In this document: positions 27,057 to 39,348 of the stretch, piece by piece
How the letters are laid out: the number at the start of each line of letters is the position of its first letter
How positions within the stretch are numbered: the first letter of the stretch is position 1
From: Octopus sinensis
Lineage: Eukaryota
Reading direction: 5' to 3'
Length of the DNA: 64,000 nucleotides
Assembly: GCF_006345805.1 (NCBI RefSeq)
Contig: NC_043007.1
Location: 26,598,001 to 26,662,000, forward strand
Program-made: the position numbers and the translations under genes
Notes under the pieces: model-generated
Databases searched by the model: none
Told to the model about the DNA's origin: nothing
Seen by the model: only the letters and a program-made list of their open reading frames with translations

Positions 27057-27419
27057 TTATTTATTTATTTATTTTTATACCTATCAGCCAACTGCCACCC
27101 CTTTGATACCCCCATCCAACTGTCTGCTCTATATTCACACCATTATAGACCATAACAGCTAATTAATGCTGGCCTTCGTTTCGCTCTGAATCTCTCTACG
27201 TGTGTCTCCCGCTCGCTCTCTCCTCTCACACACATACACACTCTGTCTATCTGCATCTCTCTCTCTCTCTCTCTCTTTCTGTCTCATTCGTTCTTTCTCT
27301 CTTTCTCTCTCATTGTCTTCTTCTCTTTCTCAGTTTGTCTGTACTGAGTACCATGTTGATGTTGTTGTTTCGTTGTCATTGTTGAATGGTTTTTTTTGTG
27401 GTGATGGCTGCTAGGATGG

Positions 27420-28393
27420 TAAAGGTGTCCGGGTGGTGGCCGTGGTGGCCGTGGTGGCCGTGGTGGCCGTGGTGGCCGTGGTGACCGTGGTGGCCGTGGT
27501 GGCCGTGGTGGCCGTGGTGGCCGTGGTGGCCGTGGTGGCCGTGGTGCTGCAGTTGATATTTGTGGTGGTGGAGGTGGTGGTGGTGGTGGTGGAGGTGGTG
27601 GTAGTTTTGGTGGTGGTGGTGTTTGCATTGGTGATAATGGCGATGGTTTTGGTGTTGTTAGAGACGATGTTGCTGTCATTGTTGATGGTTTTGTGATGGC
27701 AACGAGGATAGGATTGTTGTTGTTGTTGTTGTTTGTTTGTTTGTTTTTGGTGGGGGTGGTCACATCAGAATTGGTGATGGCGTTGGTGGTGTCACTGAAG
27801 ATGTCTTTGATGAGTTTGCTGTCTCGGGGATAAAGGGTGGTGGTGGTGGTGGTGGTGATTGTGATGGTGATGGTGATGTTAGTGTTGGGAGTTAGAAAAG
27901 ACAGTAGTGACAGTATAGGTAATAGAGATGGTGGTGATAGTAGTGGTGGTGGTGGTGGTGGTGGTGGTGGTGCCAGTGGTAGTGGTGGTCGTTGTCGTCG
28001 CCGTCGTGACGGTGGTGGTGCCGCTCGTGATAGTGATGGCAGCGGTGGCGATGTTGGTAGTGGTAGTAGTAATGGTAGTTGTATTGGTTTTGGTGGTGGT
28101 GTTGGTGGTGGCCGCCGTGGTTATGACGGTGTTGGTGCTGGTAATGATGGCGACGATGGCATAGGTGGAGATTACGTGAGATGTTGGACATAGTGGTGTT
28201 TATAGTGATGTAGTGGTGGTGGTGGTGGTGGTGGTGGTGGTGGTGGTGGTGGTGGTGGCAGAGTTAATGCGGTGTTCATGGCGATGTGTCTGTGTTGGAG
28301 ATATTAATAGCCTCGATGACATTTTGTTGTGGTGACAGTAAAGCAAGAGGTCACGACAGTGGTTGGGGTTGCAGTAGTGTTGAGAGAAGTATA

Positions 28394-28426
<33 letters not shown>

Positions 28427-29165
28427 GGTGCTCGAATTGGTGGTATTGGAGGTTGTGATAATTGTTGGGAGTGATTATTTGAAGATCAACCAGTGTCTTA
28501 GATATGCATGTGTACGAGTGAGGGCTGGGAAGATCTGTCTATTAATCTGTCTGTATTCACATTATATAACGCAGCTAAGGCGGCGGCGATAGCGGCGGCA
28601 ACAATTGCAGAGGTGACAGTGGTGACAGCGGCGGCAGGGTGGCCAGGGGTGGCAACTGCGGCAGCAGCGCCAGAAGTGGAAGCGGTAATAGTAGAAGCAG
28701 CGGCAGCAAAAGGGCAGCGGTAGCTGCGGCGGCAGTAGCTGGACAGTAGCAGAGGCGGTGGAGTAGTGGGGCAGCAAAAGCGGCGGTAGAAGTTGTGGCG
28801 GCGGCAGCAGTAGCGGTGGTAGCAATAGTTGCGGCGGCGGCAGTAGCGGCGGTGGCAGCAGCGGCGGCGGCAACAGCGGCGTCAGCAGCGGTGGCGGTAG
28901 CAGCGGCGGCGGCAGTAGCGGCGGTGGCAGCAGCGGCGGCGGCAACAGCGGCGTCAGCAGCGGCGGCGGCAGCAGCGGTGGCGGCAGCAGCGGCGGCGGC
29001 ACCAGCGGGGCGGCACCAGCGGCGGCGGCACCACGGCGCGGCACCAGCGGCGGCGGCACCAGCGGCGCGGCGGCACCACCGCGGCGGAGCAGCGCAGTGG
29101 CTGTAGAGTGGTGCCAGTGGTATTGGTGGTAGTGGTGGTGGTGGTGGTGTTGGTGGTGATGGTAG
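27420..29165. repeat. GC-rich low-complexity tract: (gtggtggcc)n at 27433-27545, (GGT)n, and a roughly 15-bp ggcggcggcagcagc repeat at 28795-29100
   Basis: Seen directly; produces homopolymeric ORFs in several frames on both strands. Confidence 0.9.
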
Positions 29166-29435
29166 CAGTTCGATCGTCCTATCAAACCAAAGTAGGATTC
29201 AATCATTTTATTTTATTTATTATTATTTTTTTCTTCAATTTACTGACAGATTGTCACCATTTTTCAATGGCGTGATACGGGAATGTACAGGGCTAGAATA
29301 TTTACGACAACGTATCCCATCCTTCTCTCGAACAGTTCTTCTAACTTACTACTCTAAATTTATCTTATATCTTATGCCTTTTACTTGGACTGCGGCGGCC
29401 ATGGTGGGACACCGCATAGACGGTTTTTAGTCGAG

Positions 29436-29705
29436 CAAATTGCCAAGTCGGGTTAGATGTGGAGCCATGCGCTTTTTCAGTGCGTCGTTGCACCCACTCT
29501 TCTGAGCAATCCTCAGAGCTGTGTCCCGGTCAGCTTCTATCTCAGTGAAATACTTCGTCAACTGCCATGACCATGAAGTATGTGACCGACCAACAGAAAC
29601 TGTCGCCCCAGCTGGATCTTCAGAAGAGAACATGATGTGCAGCATCTAACTCGGAAAATCAAGCAATATGACCAACCAGTCTGAGCTGACGCTCCTGAAT
29701 CATAC
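29436..29705 (-). pseudogene. RTE-clade LINE 3' fragment (C-terminal to RT)
   Basis: Minus translation IQERQLRLVGHIA*FSELDAAHHVL/EDPAG..VGRSHTSWSWQL..DRDTALRIAQ resembles the RTE C-terminal pattern RxLRxxGHxxR..RxxGRPxxxW; contains a stop and frameshifts. Confidence 0.7.
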
Positions 29706-30434
29706 AAGAAATAGAACGCATGGATCTTTTCTAAAAGATGGACAGAATTTTCTACTTAACTAAATAATTTGAAACTTCGTATACTGGTAGAATGTGTCAA
29801 AAGAAAACATTAATTTCAATTAGTTTTTTTGAGAAAAATCTATTTTGTAACTTATACGTAGTTTAATTCTTCGAATTTTAACCAATCGTATTTTCTGTTT
29901 TGAGCTCAATTCATTTTCAGAACAATGACCAAATATATTCCAGACTTTACCATGCTATCCCCTCCCGCCCTCTGTCTCAATCTCACACTCTCTCTCAGTT
30001 TCTTTCCTTCTCTCTCACCTTCTCTCACTTCTCTTTCATTCTATCTCCCTCTCTCTCCCTCTCCACGTTATTCAGTCTGTCTGTATTACTCCCCTTTTCG
30101 CTTTCTCTCTCTTTCTCTCTTTTACTTTCTTTCTCTATCCCATTCTTCCCATGTCCGTCTGTCTCTTTCAGTCTTTCGCTCTCTCAGTCTTCTTTTTCTG
30201 CCTATACCTTTGGCTTTTTCTCTCAATTTCTCACTCTCTGTTTCTTTATGTATGTATGTATGTTATGTATGTATGTATGTATGTATGTATGTATGTATGT
30301 ATGTATGTATTTATGTATGTATGTATGTATGTATGTATGTATGTATGTATGTATGCATGTATGTATGTAAATAATTATCTATCTATCTATTTATCTATCT
30401 ATCTACCATCTATCTACCTGTCTCTCTATCTATC

Positions 30435-30479
<45 letters not shown>

Positions 30480-30897
30480 CATCCATCTATCCATCCATCT
30501 ATCCATCCATCTATCCATCCATCTATTTATCCATCTGTCTGTTTGTCTGTCTGTATCTATCTATCTATCTCATTGATTACCCAAAATCTCGAACTATTTG
30601 AAAACTTGACTCGGCCTTTTGACATGACATAAGCATGTCAAAAAGCCTGCAAAAATCTCCCACAGAACATTGATCCGACTGCTATTTCTAGGAGGACGAA
30701 TTAAGGTGCAGGCGTTTAATCATTAGCACGCTACGCTGGGAAGTGGGAGATACAGAAGTATGTATGTACAAAACGGCTGCAGCGTTTTATTGTTGTATCG
30801 ATCGATAACGAATGAAACCCTGGTGCATTACTTGAGGCACGATAAATATGCACCAAGGTAAGGGATGCAACAGAATGTAAGCCAACGGTATGAGAAT

Positions 30898-31130
30898 TAA
30901 GGCGGCGAGCTGGCAGAAACGTTAGCACGCCGGGCGAAGTGCTTAGCGGTATTTCGTCTGCGTTACGTTGTGGGTTCGAATTCCGCCGAGGTCGACTTTG
31001 CCTTTCATTCTTTCGGGGTCGATAAATTAAGTACCAGTTACGCACTGGGGTCGATGTAATCGACTTAATACCTATGTCTGTCCTTGTTTGTCCCCTCTGT
31101 GTTTAGCCCCTGGTGGGTAATAAAGAAATA
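30898..31130 (+). mobile_element. SINE family B (head ggcggcgagctggcagaaacgttagc), full-length monomer
   Basis: Target duplication ggtatgagaat at 30887-30897 and 31131-31141; B box gttcgaattcc. Confidence 0.9.
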
Positions 31131-31231
31131 GGTATGAGAATGGGAACACACAGCCATACGTACACACACAGGCAGACAGGCAGGCAGAGAGACAAACAAA
31201 CAAACAGACTGATAGATTGATGGATAGATAG

Positions 31232-31262
<31 letters not shown>

Positions 31263-31296
31263 TAGATATAAATAGAGAGAGAGAGAGAGATAGATT

Positions 31297-31362
<66 letters not shown>

Positions 31363-31686
31363 CAGATAGATAGATTAATTGATATACGCACCATACATAT
31401 ATATACATATAACTGCATGTCTATCTATCTATCTATCTCTGTCTTCCTATCTCTTTCTCTCTATCTACCTGTGTACATGTGTGTGTGGTGTGTGTGTGTG
31501 TGTGTGTGTGGTGTGTGTATCGTTTTGGGAATTGGTTTGCAAGATTCTTTATTTGAGTTCGTGTGTTAAAGCATATTCTGCTTTTTTCGTGGGAGAGTCA
31601 TTTTCTTTTTTTGCTTTAAAATTTAACTTAAGACTATTGAAAATGTTGCAAGACACAACGAAAATTACTCTCCCCAGACACAACAG

Positions 31687-31717
<31 letters not shown>

Positions 31718-31954
31718 TGTGTGTGTGTTGTTTGTGCGTGTGTGTGTATGAGTGTGTGTGTGCGTGTGTGTGGCGTGTGTGTGTGTGAGTGTGTGCGGGC
31801 GTGTGTGTGAGTGTGTGCGTGCGTGTGTGTGTTTATGCGTGCGTGTGTGTGTGTATGTATGTATGTATGTATGTATGTATGTATGTATGTATGTATGCAT
31901 GTATGTATGTATGTGCGTGCATATGTTTGTATGTTTGTTTTTGTCCCAAAACAT

Positions 31955-32123
31955 CGCTTGACAACCGATACTGGTGTGCTTACGTTCCCGCAACTTAGCA
32001 ATTGGGCAAAACACACCGATAGAATAAGTACTAGGATTAGAAAGAATAAGTCCTGGGGTCGATTTGGTCAACTAGAGCCGGTGCTCCAGCATAGTCGCAG
32101 TCAAATGGCTGAAACAAGTAAAA

Positions 32124-32125
<2 letters not shown>
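31955..32125 (+). mobile_element. SINE family A, 3' half
   Basis: gcttgacaaccgatactggtgtg...gcagtcaaatggctgaaacaagtaaaaga. Confidence 0.8.
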
Positions 32126-32158
<33 letters not shown>

Positions 32159-32269
32159 ATTGATATATATTAAAGATATATATATGGCTGATAAAAGATT
32201 AGAGATCTTGATTTCGATTATGAATCTTATCTTATCAAATATTAGTAAGAATTGATTAAAGTTTGAATT

Positions 32270-33930
32270 AAAAACAGTTTATTTTCAGTTTGGGAGTCAA
32301 TGACATGTCTCGCGATCTTTTGTTGAAGTCTTCTTCAAAGATGGTTTGGTACAGAGTTCAAGATGTTACGGAGGGTGTGTAGGTGTCTATTGTCTAAAAG
32401 GAATCTCTGTAGGTGGGTTCTTGTCAATTAGTAGCTTAAAAGCATTTATATAGCTACACATATTCAAATGTGTTTCATAGCTAGCGGAACCTCGGAACTA
32501 GTAAATTATTCAAACGAAGGTTAGACCGGAAGCTACTCTTCCTGCAAAAGATTATTTGATTATATGAAGCTTACATTGTGGTTTGGTGATCCTGTGTTAA
32601 TTCGTTGGGGGTTCGATCGAATCACAAGCGAGAATATATGGGATTCTTGGCCCGAAGAGAAACTTACAGTCTACTCTTCGTTTGGATAATTTACTAACTC
32701 CGAGGTACCGTTAACTTTGAAACATATGTAGCCTTAACTTTATTTACTCGATTTCCTAATATTTGAATGTTTATTTGCATATACAACAACGCCTGTTGCT
32801 AACCGTGAACTATAAAATTAATTTCATATATAAAGGTTAGATCCATGGATCAAATTGTAGAGAATTAGTGAGCTTCAAGCAATGCGTCGAAGATAAATAA
32901 GAGAACTATTTGGAACAATAGCGGTTAATTGGCGCAGAACACTATGAATTTTTCCGTATCAAAATACGATAAGCCGAACAAATTTGTGTGAGTGTGTACA
33001 GAATAATATATCAGTTGAATAATTTAAAGCATGGTTTGGTTTTCACGTTGTTTTCTAATGGTATTTTAACATTAAAAATATATGTTATAATTGAAGAAAA
33101 TGGATATAACAACAATGGGAGATTCGTGGATTACGTTGGCATGTCTTTAATTAAATAGGTAACAAAAAAGTAAGAAGCAGAGATGAGAGTGGCATTTACG
33201 ATCGTTTCGATTTACTGGTTGAAGTAAATCTCTTCAGAATGCTATTATAGATAGATGCATCGGTTAGGGTGCGAAAATAATTGAACATATGTGATGAAAA
33301 TGTAAACAAAGTGGTAAATTCTTACATTTTGAAATTTTGTTCTGGCTCTGGTAAATTCGCTAGGCAGAGGTTTGCTTTTGATTCATACAGTTCAGTTAGT
33401 GCTTTCATATGTTCGTAGTAATCATCAGATTACAAAATCTATTTAACTGACAGTTGAGTTCTTGACATCTGTAGTACCTCTCAGAACGCTCCAACAAGCC
33501 GAATTTTGGGAATAGCTCTTTGACCAATCTGCATGCAACTTAAACGTCATGGTTTGCCGGGCGTATCGATATTGTGTAATTCGTTTATATTCATATGCTA
33601 AAGATATTTTAAAATCTACATCATTAAATGATTGTTATATTATTGTTGTTATTCCCGTTCAGAGCAGGTTTGAACATTTTAATAAACGGTTTTTCTTTTA
33701 TCTTTCTTCCAAATTTACTTGTCATATAGTTTGTGGAAAGGGAAAATTAGAAACATTTTCTGACCACAGGTTTGAACGTGTTCACTTAATGAAATTTGGC
33801 GAATATTGGTGTTCCGGATTTGTTGTCTGTTGACTCGTGAGCGTTTTGATAATTTATTCACTGTCTCACCTGTATATATTTCCTCGCAATTCGGGCATTT
33901 ACTGCAGTGAACATCACAAAATATTTCTTT
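32270..33930 (-). mobile_element. Penelope-like retroelement remnant: GIY-YIG endonuclease end, pLTR/UTR with hammerhead, then a decayed ORF start
   Basis: 33651-33927 translates to CSKCPNCEEIYTGETVNKLSKRSRVNRQQIR..LSEHVQTCGQ..FLIFPFHK/KEKPFIKMFKPALN (PLE GIY-YIG pattern, one frameshift). Hammerhead at 33192-33242. 32270-32620 is weakly PLE N-terminus-like. Confidence 0.8.
33192..33242 (-). ncRNA. Type I hammerhead ribozyme with complete catalytic core
   Basis: RNA: GCAUU-CUGAAGA-GAUUUACU(UCAACC)AGUAAAUC-GAA-ACGAUCGU-A/AAUGC. Stem I is 5 bp, stem II 8 bp, stem III is the palindrome ACGAUCGU, and the cleavage triplet is GUA. Confidence 0.88.
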
Positions 33931-33990
33931 AATGTTAAAATACTATAATAGAAAAAAGTGAAAACTACATAATATTTTAACTTTATTCAA

Positions 33991-34036
<46 letters not shown>

Positions 34037-34115
34037 ATATAATATATATATATATCATATATATACATATATACATATATATATATACATATACATACAC
34101 ACGGACACACACATA

Positions 34116-34152
<37 letters not shown>

Positions 34153-34308
34153 GTGTATATATATCTATCTATCTATATATATATATATAATATATATATA
34201 TATACATATATATGTGTATATATGTATATGCGTGTGTGTGTATGGGGTCGAGATGTACCGACATGCCTTCTCCTCCTTCCAAATTGCCTTGTGCCTATAG
34301 TAGAAAGG

Positions 34309-34350
<42 letters not shown>

Positions 34351-34522
34351 TTATTATTATTATTAATTTGCATGCAATTCACCAACGAATATATACAATA
34401 CACGCGCAAAGACACAAACACTTATGTACATACATATGTATTTATATATGTGCGTGTGTGTCTGTGTTATATATGGATCTATATGTATGCATATATATAA
34501 ATACACACACACTGACGCGCGC

Positions 34523-34588
<66 letters not shown>

Positions 34589-34995
34589 TGTGTGTGTGTG
34601 TAGTGCATGCTTCTAGTGCGTGTGGTGCGTGTGGTGTAGGTGTCGTATGGTCAAATGAGCAAAAATTAGCTAGGCAGCTAGCTAGGAGTTCTTGCGTTCG
34701 ATCCACCCACCCAGCACATTGAACAGCTTTTTTTTTCTATACGTTCAGATCAACCCATAACTGCTGAATTAAATTTGGTTAAATGAATTCTGTATAGAAG
34801 TTCACCGGGATAGATTCTATCTGTAATTTTTATTACCATTCTCAGGCATTTCTCATGCCTCGTTTTCGTTTCACTTATGCAAATAACCTAGATCATAAAT
34901 GTGTTCTACTCCTTATTTGTCTAATCATATCATCTCCTGAAGTAAACGTAGAACAATTGCTGTGCTGATGACATCTGTTAAAGCACAAACATACC

Positions 34996-35390
34996 TTTAC
35001 TCTTTACTCTTTTACTTGTATCAGTCATTTGACTGTGGCCATGCTGGTGCACCGGACTTATTCTCCAGGAGTTATTCTTTGTAAGCCTAGTACTTATTCT
35101 ATCGGTCTCTTTTGCCGAACCGCTAAGTTACGGGGACGTAAACACACCAGCATCGGTTGTCAAGCGATGTTGGCGGGGAGGGGGACAAACACAGACATAC
35201 AAACACACGCACACACACATATACACATGTATACGACGGGCTTCTTTCAGTTTCCGTCTACCAAATCCACTCACAAGGCTTTGGTCGGCCCGAGGCTATA
35301 GCAGAAGACACTTGCCCAAGGTGTCACGCAGTGGGACTGAACTAGGAACCATGAGGTTGTTAAGCAAGCGACTTACCACACAGCCACTCT
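34996..35390 (-). mobile_element. SINE family A, near full length
   Basis: Head ...acacagccactct, CORE gacacttgcccaagg, (tttactc) tail. Confidence 0.88.
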
Positions 35391-35856
35391 CACAAAATAT
35401 ATAGTTAAATAAAAGGTGGTGTTACGGTTTATTTTTGTCCAATCCCTGTAAAAATGTATGATTGAGAATGTGTGTGTGTGCGTGTGAGTCTGTGTGTGTG
35501 TATGAGTGTGTGCGTGTGAGTCTGTGTGTGTGTGTATGAGTGTGTGCTTGGGTGCGTGCTAGTGCATGCGTCTATGTACACATTCATAAATAAATATATA
35601 TATATGTGCGTGTGGGCATACACATACACACACACACACAAACACAAACACAAACACAAACACACACACACACACACACATACACACACACACACACACA
35701 AACACACGCACACACGCACATACATACACACATTAACATATAGCCTTTAGTTATTGTGTCCTTGAAAAGTGACGGTTTGGTATTCTGCTGAACAAAGCAT
35801 TGGTGACATATTGTCAGGGACGGCACGTCGGGAAGGTGACAGGTTGCAGGAGAGAA

Positions 35857-35892
<36 letters not shown>

Positions 35893-35914
35893 AAAGAAAG
35901 AAAGAGAGAGAAAG

Positions 35915-35949
<35 letters not shown>

Positions 35950-36744
35950 GAGAAACAGAGAGAGAGAGAAACAGAAAGAAAGAAAGAAAGAAAGAAAGAG
36001 AAAGTGTGCTTTTGCATGTTTGTGTAGCTGCATGTGCGTTCTTGTGTTTGTTTTGCTTTTACATGTATACCCGTATGCGCTTGTGTGTGTGTGTGTGTGT
36101 GTGTATGTGTGTGTGTGTGTGTGTGTGTGGGGGCTTGTCTGGTTGTGTATGTATGTGTGTTTGTTTGTCTTTGTGTCTGTGTGTGGGAGGATATGTCTGT
36201 GTGTGTGTGTATATGCATGTGTGTGTATATGCATGTGTGTGTATATGCCTGTGTGTAGTGTTGACGTGGTGTTTTGAAACCAGAATTTGATGATGCAACG
36301 AACGATGAAGAATTCGGTGATATGTCGAAGATTAAACGCATCTGGTGAGAATTCGAGTGAAAATTCCATAAACGAGGTTAGAAATACGTACTTCTTGAGG
36401 CTTTCTCCACCTCCAACAGGAAAAAGATAACAAAAATTAACAAAAAACAAAAGAATATTGAAGAAACGGACATTTCAATCTCCAATGTTTTTATCTCCAG
36501 TTTCATTCTATGACTAGATTGGCAGTTACAGATTCTGAATTCGATGCCAGTCCGTCGCAGGTTGTATTTACTCATGGATGGCATGATCCCCGATCTGCAG
36601 TACCTAAGAACCTATCGACCTAATCTTTTATCTTTCCAAAGATAATCAAGTTTTGGTGCCCGCTATTTTTGGGAGGGTCACGGGAGAAGATTCCTCTGAT
36701 AATTCCTGCGTAATTTACTTACGATCCTATTAGAAATATCCGTA

Positions 36745-36915
36745 TGAAGGCGGCGAGCTGGCAGAAACGTTAGCACGCCGGACGAAATTCTTAGCAGTAT
36801 TTCGTCTGCCGCTACGTTCTGAGTTCAAATTTCGCCGACGTCGACTTTGCCTTTCATCCTTTCGGGGTCGATAAATTAAGTACCAGTTATGCACTGGGGT
36901 CGACGTCATCGACTT
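36745..36915 (+). mobile_element. SINE family B, 3'-truncated
   Basis: gaaggcggcgagctggcagaaacgttagcacg...gcactggggtcgac. Confidence 0.85.
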
Positions 36916-37134
36916 ATCTTTCGAAATATCCATTCCAACTGCTTAAATATTTGTCATGCTCCACTTTATTACATACTAGCAGTATCGCCCGGCGTTGCTC
37001 GGGTTTGTTTCGACCCTTTCGAATTGGAATTTTGAAAAGTAAAAATGTTGTATAATGTAGCTTGTTAATCTCTTTAAGTGAACATTTTTCTGGTTGAAAT
37101 ACACCGAAAAATGGCGACACTGCAGTAAAAAAAT

Positions 37135-37365
37135 CGTAAAAAATAGGGATTTTCGTAGTAAAAAAGTACCTTTTTGATGTAAATAATTTTTGGTGTTAAT
37201 ATGGTCAGATTTGAATTTTATCTTCTACAGAATGAAAAGCAAGCCTTCTTCTATCATACTCTCAATTTTGGTTAACTTGCGCCGCAGGGTCTCGGAGGAG
37301 ATAGTGTTTGTTGAAGGCTACCAAAACTGCCATACACAGACAACTTTTGCTTTATATATATAGAT
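37135..37365 (+). mobile_element. Interspersed repeat ending gctttatatatatagat (possibly a Helitron2/Helentron-derived non-autonomous element); second copy at 53625-53857
   Basis: Two homologous copies of about 230 bp with the same 3' end are seen directly; the class assignment rests only on the terminus. Confidence 0.55.
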
Positions 37366-37818
37366 TATTGCAAAAAAAAAAAAAAGACACGCTAGAACGC
37401 CGGAAAAAATGCTTTGTGGTATTTTTTCCGGTCCTTTCCTTTCTGAGTCCAATCCTGATGAGCTCAACTTAGCGTTTCGTCTAACCAGAGTTGATAAAAT
37501 AAACTACCTGTCAAGTACTGAGATCGATGTAATCGATCAGTCATATCTACTCAGAATTGCTGGCCTCGTGTCAAAATTAGAAACAGTTATTAAAGAGTGG
37601 GCGGTGGATAATCAAAGAATATTTAAGGCGTCGGAAAAATGCTTTGTTTTGACACTTTATGTTCAGAGCTCAAATCCTGGTGAGGTTAAATTTGCCTTTC
37701 ATCTCTCAAGGGTCGATAAAATGAAGTGCAAGTTAAGTACTGGGTTGAATGGTATGAACTAATCGCCTTCCCTGAAAATTGCAGAGATTGTGGCTAAATT
37801 GGAAAGAAAAAGAAGTTG

Positions 37819-38020
37819 ATGATGATGATGATGATGATGAGGATGAATATGATGATGATGATGATGATGGTGGTGATGATGATGATGATGATGATGGTGA
37901 TGGTGATGATGGTGATGGTGATGATGGTGATGGTGATAACGATGTGGATGATGATGATGATGATGATGATGACGATGATGATGATAAAGATGATGATAAT
38001 TATGATGATGATGATGATGG
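37819..38020. repeat. (GAT)n microsatellite
   Basis: Seen directly. Confidence 0.97.
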
Positions 38021-39084
38021 TGTCGATTGTTGTCGTTCATTACTGTAGCCTAACGTGTTTTAGATCTTCGTAAGTGTGTTTCTTGTTTTCTTCATCTATT
38101 CCCGACGGAATAAGTGATTGCAGAGGGAATATTAAGAAAAGAAAAGTCTACAAAAAAAAAGAAACACAAAAAAACAAACTCACGAAAACATTCGCAACGA
38201 GACGGAAGGACGCAACACTTGCTCTTCCGCATTAGTGTTGTAAGACGTTCTTCTGTCTTTCTTCTTTTTACTGAACATAGCATTAGTCAAAGTAGGCAGC
38301 GTGAATGCACGTGGAGTGAGGCTGGCCATAAAGAAAAGCCGCATGCTCAACAACATAATACCATGAGATATAGATGTGACGTCCACCAGAGTAAAAACTC
38401 CAGAGACGGGGATGGAACTAAGCACTTCTTGAGCCTTTCTCCGCCTCCAGCAGGAAAATTTTTTTTTTTTAATATCAAAGAAACAGACGTCCCAGTCTCC
38501 AGACTTTTTATCCCCAATTTCATTCTATGACGAATGACAGTTACATCTTCTGAATTCGACGCCAGTCCGTCGTAGGTTACTCTTACTCTTGGAGGATATG
38601 ATACTTGATTCCCAGTAGCCAAGAACTTATTGATCTGATCTTTTATCTTTCGAAAAACTATTGATTATCGCCGCCAACTATTCCTGGGAAAGTAGCGAAA
38701 ACAGTCAAGCAGTCGTTGAAGTGATCAACCGTCGACGACAAATGACGGATCGACCTGGAAAAAGTTGACTAAAGTAGAATCGATAAGGTTTAATAACTAT
38801 ATAGCAATAGAGAAAAACTAGACTAGAGGACGACCTAGGTAGATACCAAGAACCCGCTCGATGTTTCAAGGTGAATGAAGCGCAACGTGGTAACAAAATC
38901 TATTCAGTCTTTAGCAGACAATGGCGAGCTGAAGTAGCAGGATTTTACGAAGATGTGTTCAATTTTTCTGTGGTGCATCGCAAAGCATTTACAGAGAATT
39001 CGAATCGAATCGCAAGGTGGACTTCAGTACTAACTTCAATGATAGTCAGGTTTGCTCTGCATCCGATGGCATTCGCCATCTCTA

Positions 39085-39348
39085 CTTGACGTTTCAGATA
39101 TGATTTCTTCTCGGTCCATTACTGAGTGAGACTGGCTACCCTGCTTGTAACCCCTTTCCCAATTCTAGTACAAATGAAGGTCTGGGTCAAACCAGACACC
39201 GAGCAACTGCCATTGGTCGGTCTGCCCATCGACCTACTACGTTGTAATTTGGCATGTCTTAGCTCTACGGCTGCCGAGTCGCAAACCTGTCGACTTGTTC
39301 GGATTTTATCTTAGTTCCAGCCATCGCTTCGTATTCCTTTAAAATGGA
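39085..39348 (-). pseudogene. Tx1/L1-type LINE ORF2 fragment (end of RT domain), interrupted by the SINE array and resuming at about 40506-40560
   Basis: ILKEYEAMAGTKI..VVGRWADRP/QLLGVWFDPDLHLY*NWE/RVTSRVASLTQ*WTEKKSYLKRQVEMANA; the LGV motif of RT domain 7 is present. Confidence 0.75.

Noticed and set aside
27433-29206. Gly/Ala/Pro-rich ORFs as a structural protein gene
   Set aside because: Pure (GGT)/(GGC) low complexity with frames switching at single-base indels; similar tracts at 41.0 and 60.2 kb show this is a general repeat class
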